Assembly: GCA_964016885.1 (NCBI GenBank) | Contig: OZ024742.1 | Span: forward strand, 232,438,001-232,502,000 | Reading direction: 5' to 3' | Length of the DNA stretch: 64,000 nucleotides | DNA from: Eledone cirrhosa | Taxonomy: Eukaryota | Shown here: piece by piece, positions 62,962-64,000 of the stretch | Position numbering within the stretch: the first letter of the stretch is position 1 | Layout: every line of letters starts with the position of its first letter | The notes under the pieces: model-generated | Database searches by the model: none | The model's input: only the letters and a program-made list of their open reading frames with translations | What the model was told of the DNA's origin: nothing | Translations under genes and position numbers: made by a program

Positions 62962-64000
62962 GTCAGAACTTACAGCCCCATATCTCAACACTTATATCAA
63001 ATGTTTATGACTGCATACAGTGTATATATTTGATATATCAGCTTAGGTTTTGCATTTCCCCCTGTGATTGTTAGCTTCTTGTTCATTGTTGTATTTTCAT
63101 CTTTTATTAGTCCAAATATTTCCATTTGTATTTAGTCATGAATGTTAAATATTTGTTTTTGTTTGTGATTTAGTCATTTGCTTTACCAAGAAAAATATAA
63201 TTGCTTTGAATATAACGAGTTGCTTTGTTTCAATTTTAATAATGCTAGTTTTTATATTTGAAATTCCTCATTACTTCAGGAATTAAATTTTTATTTAGTA
63301 TTTTTAAAGCATAATTCAAATTTCTTATATTCCAAAATAATGGTCAAATGCTGATATTTTATTTTATTTTAGAAATTATTGATATTTTCTTAAGGGTTTC
63401 AGTAATTTAAATACAGCTATGCTGGAGCACTGTTCAACCAAAACCTCACAAAGTACTAGACATTATGGTATTATACATTTGTCTAAGACATTGTGCGGTG
63501 GAACCATACATAGAACCATATGTTTACGGACCAAATTTCTTAACTTCACATGTATGCCTGTGCCTATGTATATATTAATTAAAACATTTTATTTTTCCTT
63601 TTACAATTCTTGAGTATGTTCTAAACAAAATGTCTTGTTTCTAAGAAGACAAATACATAAATAATATCTATAGACTTTCATTATTTTAATATTATTGCTA
63701 TTAGAATTAGCAGAAAGTATTCTGCATATTCAATGCATGTTGTAGCTTACTTGTATATGCTAGTTTCTAATTTATGTGTAGTAGTTGTTAGTACAGTATT
63801 TAAAGTGTCTGTTAATGGTAATCTGCAAATATTGTATATGACTATTCTAACTCTTATTGATGATTTTCATTTCAATATTAAATTTTTATTATTATACTAA
63901 AGGGCTGTCTAAAATATTTTCAAAGCCAATCTATGAAAATAATTTATAAAAAGAAAACCATTTGAGTCTGATGAATTGTTATAAAATACTATTAAAATTA

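Overview
AT-rich, repeat-dense eukaryotic genomic DNA; (TA)n and (CAT)n microsatellites, RTE LINEs and tRNA-derived SINEs suggest a coleoid cephalopod such as Octopus (inference only). The one clear host gene is a + strand cytosolic acetyl-CoA synthetase (ACSS2-like). Its first four coding exons (33200-33501, 52069-52160, 52625-52728, 62889-62961) splice in frame through GT-AG introns, and the gene runs off the window. A possible terminal protein-kinase exon of an upstream gene lies at 4660-4786. The rest is mobile DNA: two near-complete RTE LINEs with a PHD-like finger inside the RT region, several other LINE remnants, a DD37D maT transposon, hAT, piggyBac-like and mariner MITEs, a Helitron, SINEs and minisatellites. 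The most unusual region is ACSS2 intron 1 at about 37.3-46.1 kb. There a satellite built from a tandemly amplified Tc1/mariner MITE with (TA)n spacers has been invaded by a Helitron and an RTE LINE with an uninterrupted ORF. It is followed by a 20-bp perfect hairpin and a ~170-bp-arm fold-back carrying two inverted copies of a minimal type I hammerhead ribozyme motif (Penelope-like). All calls were made by eye; no searches were run.
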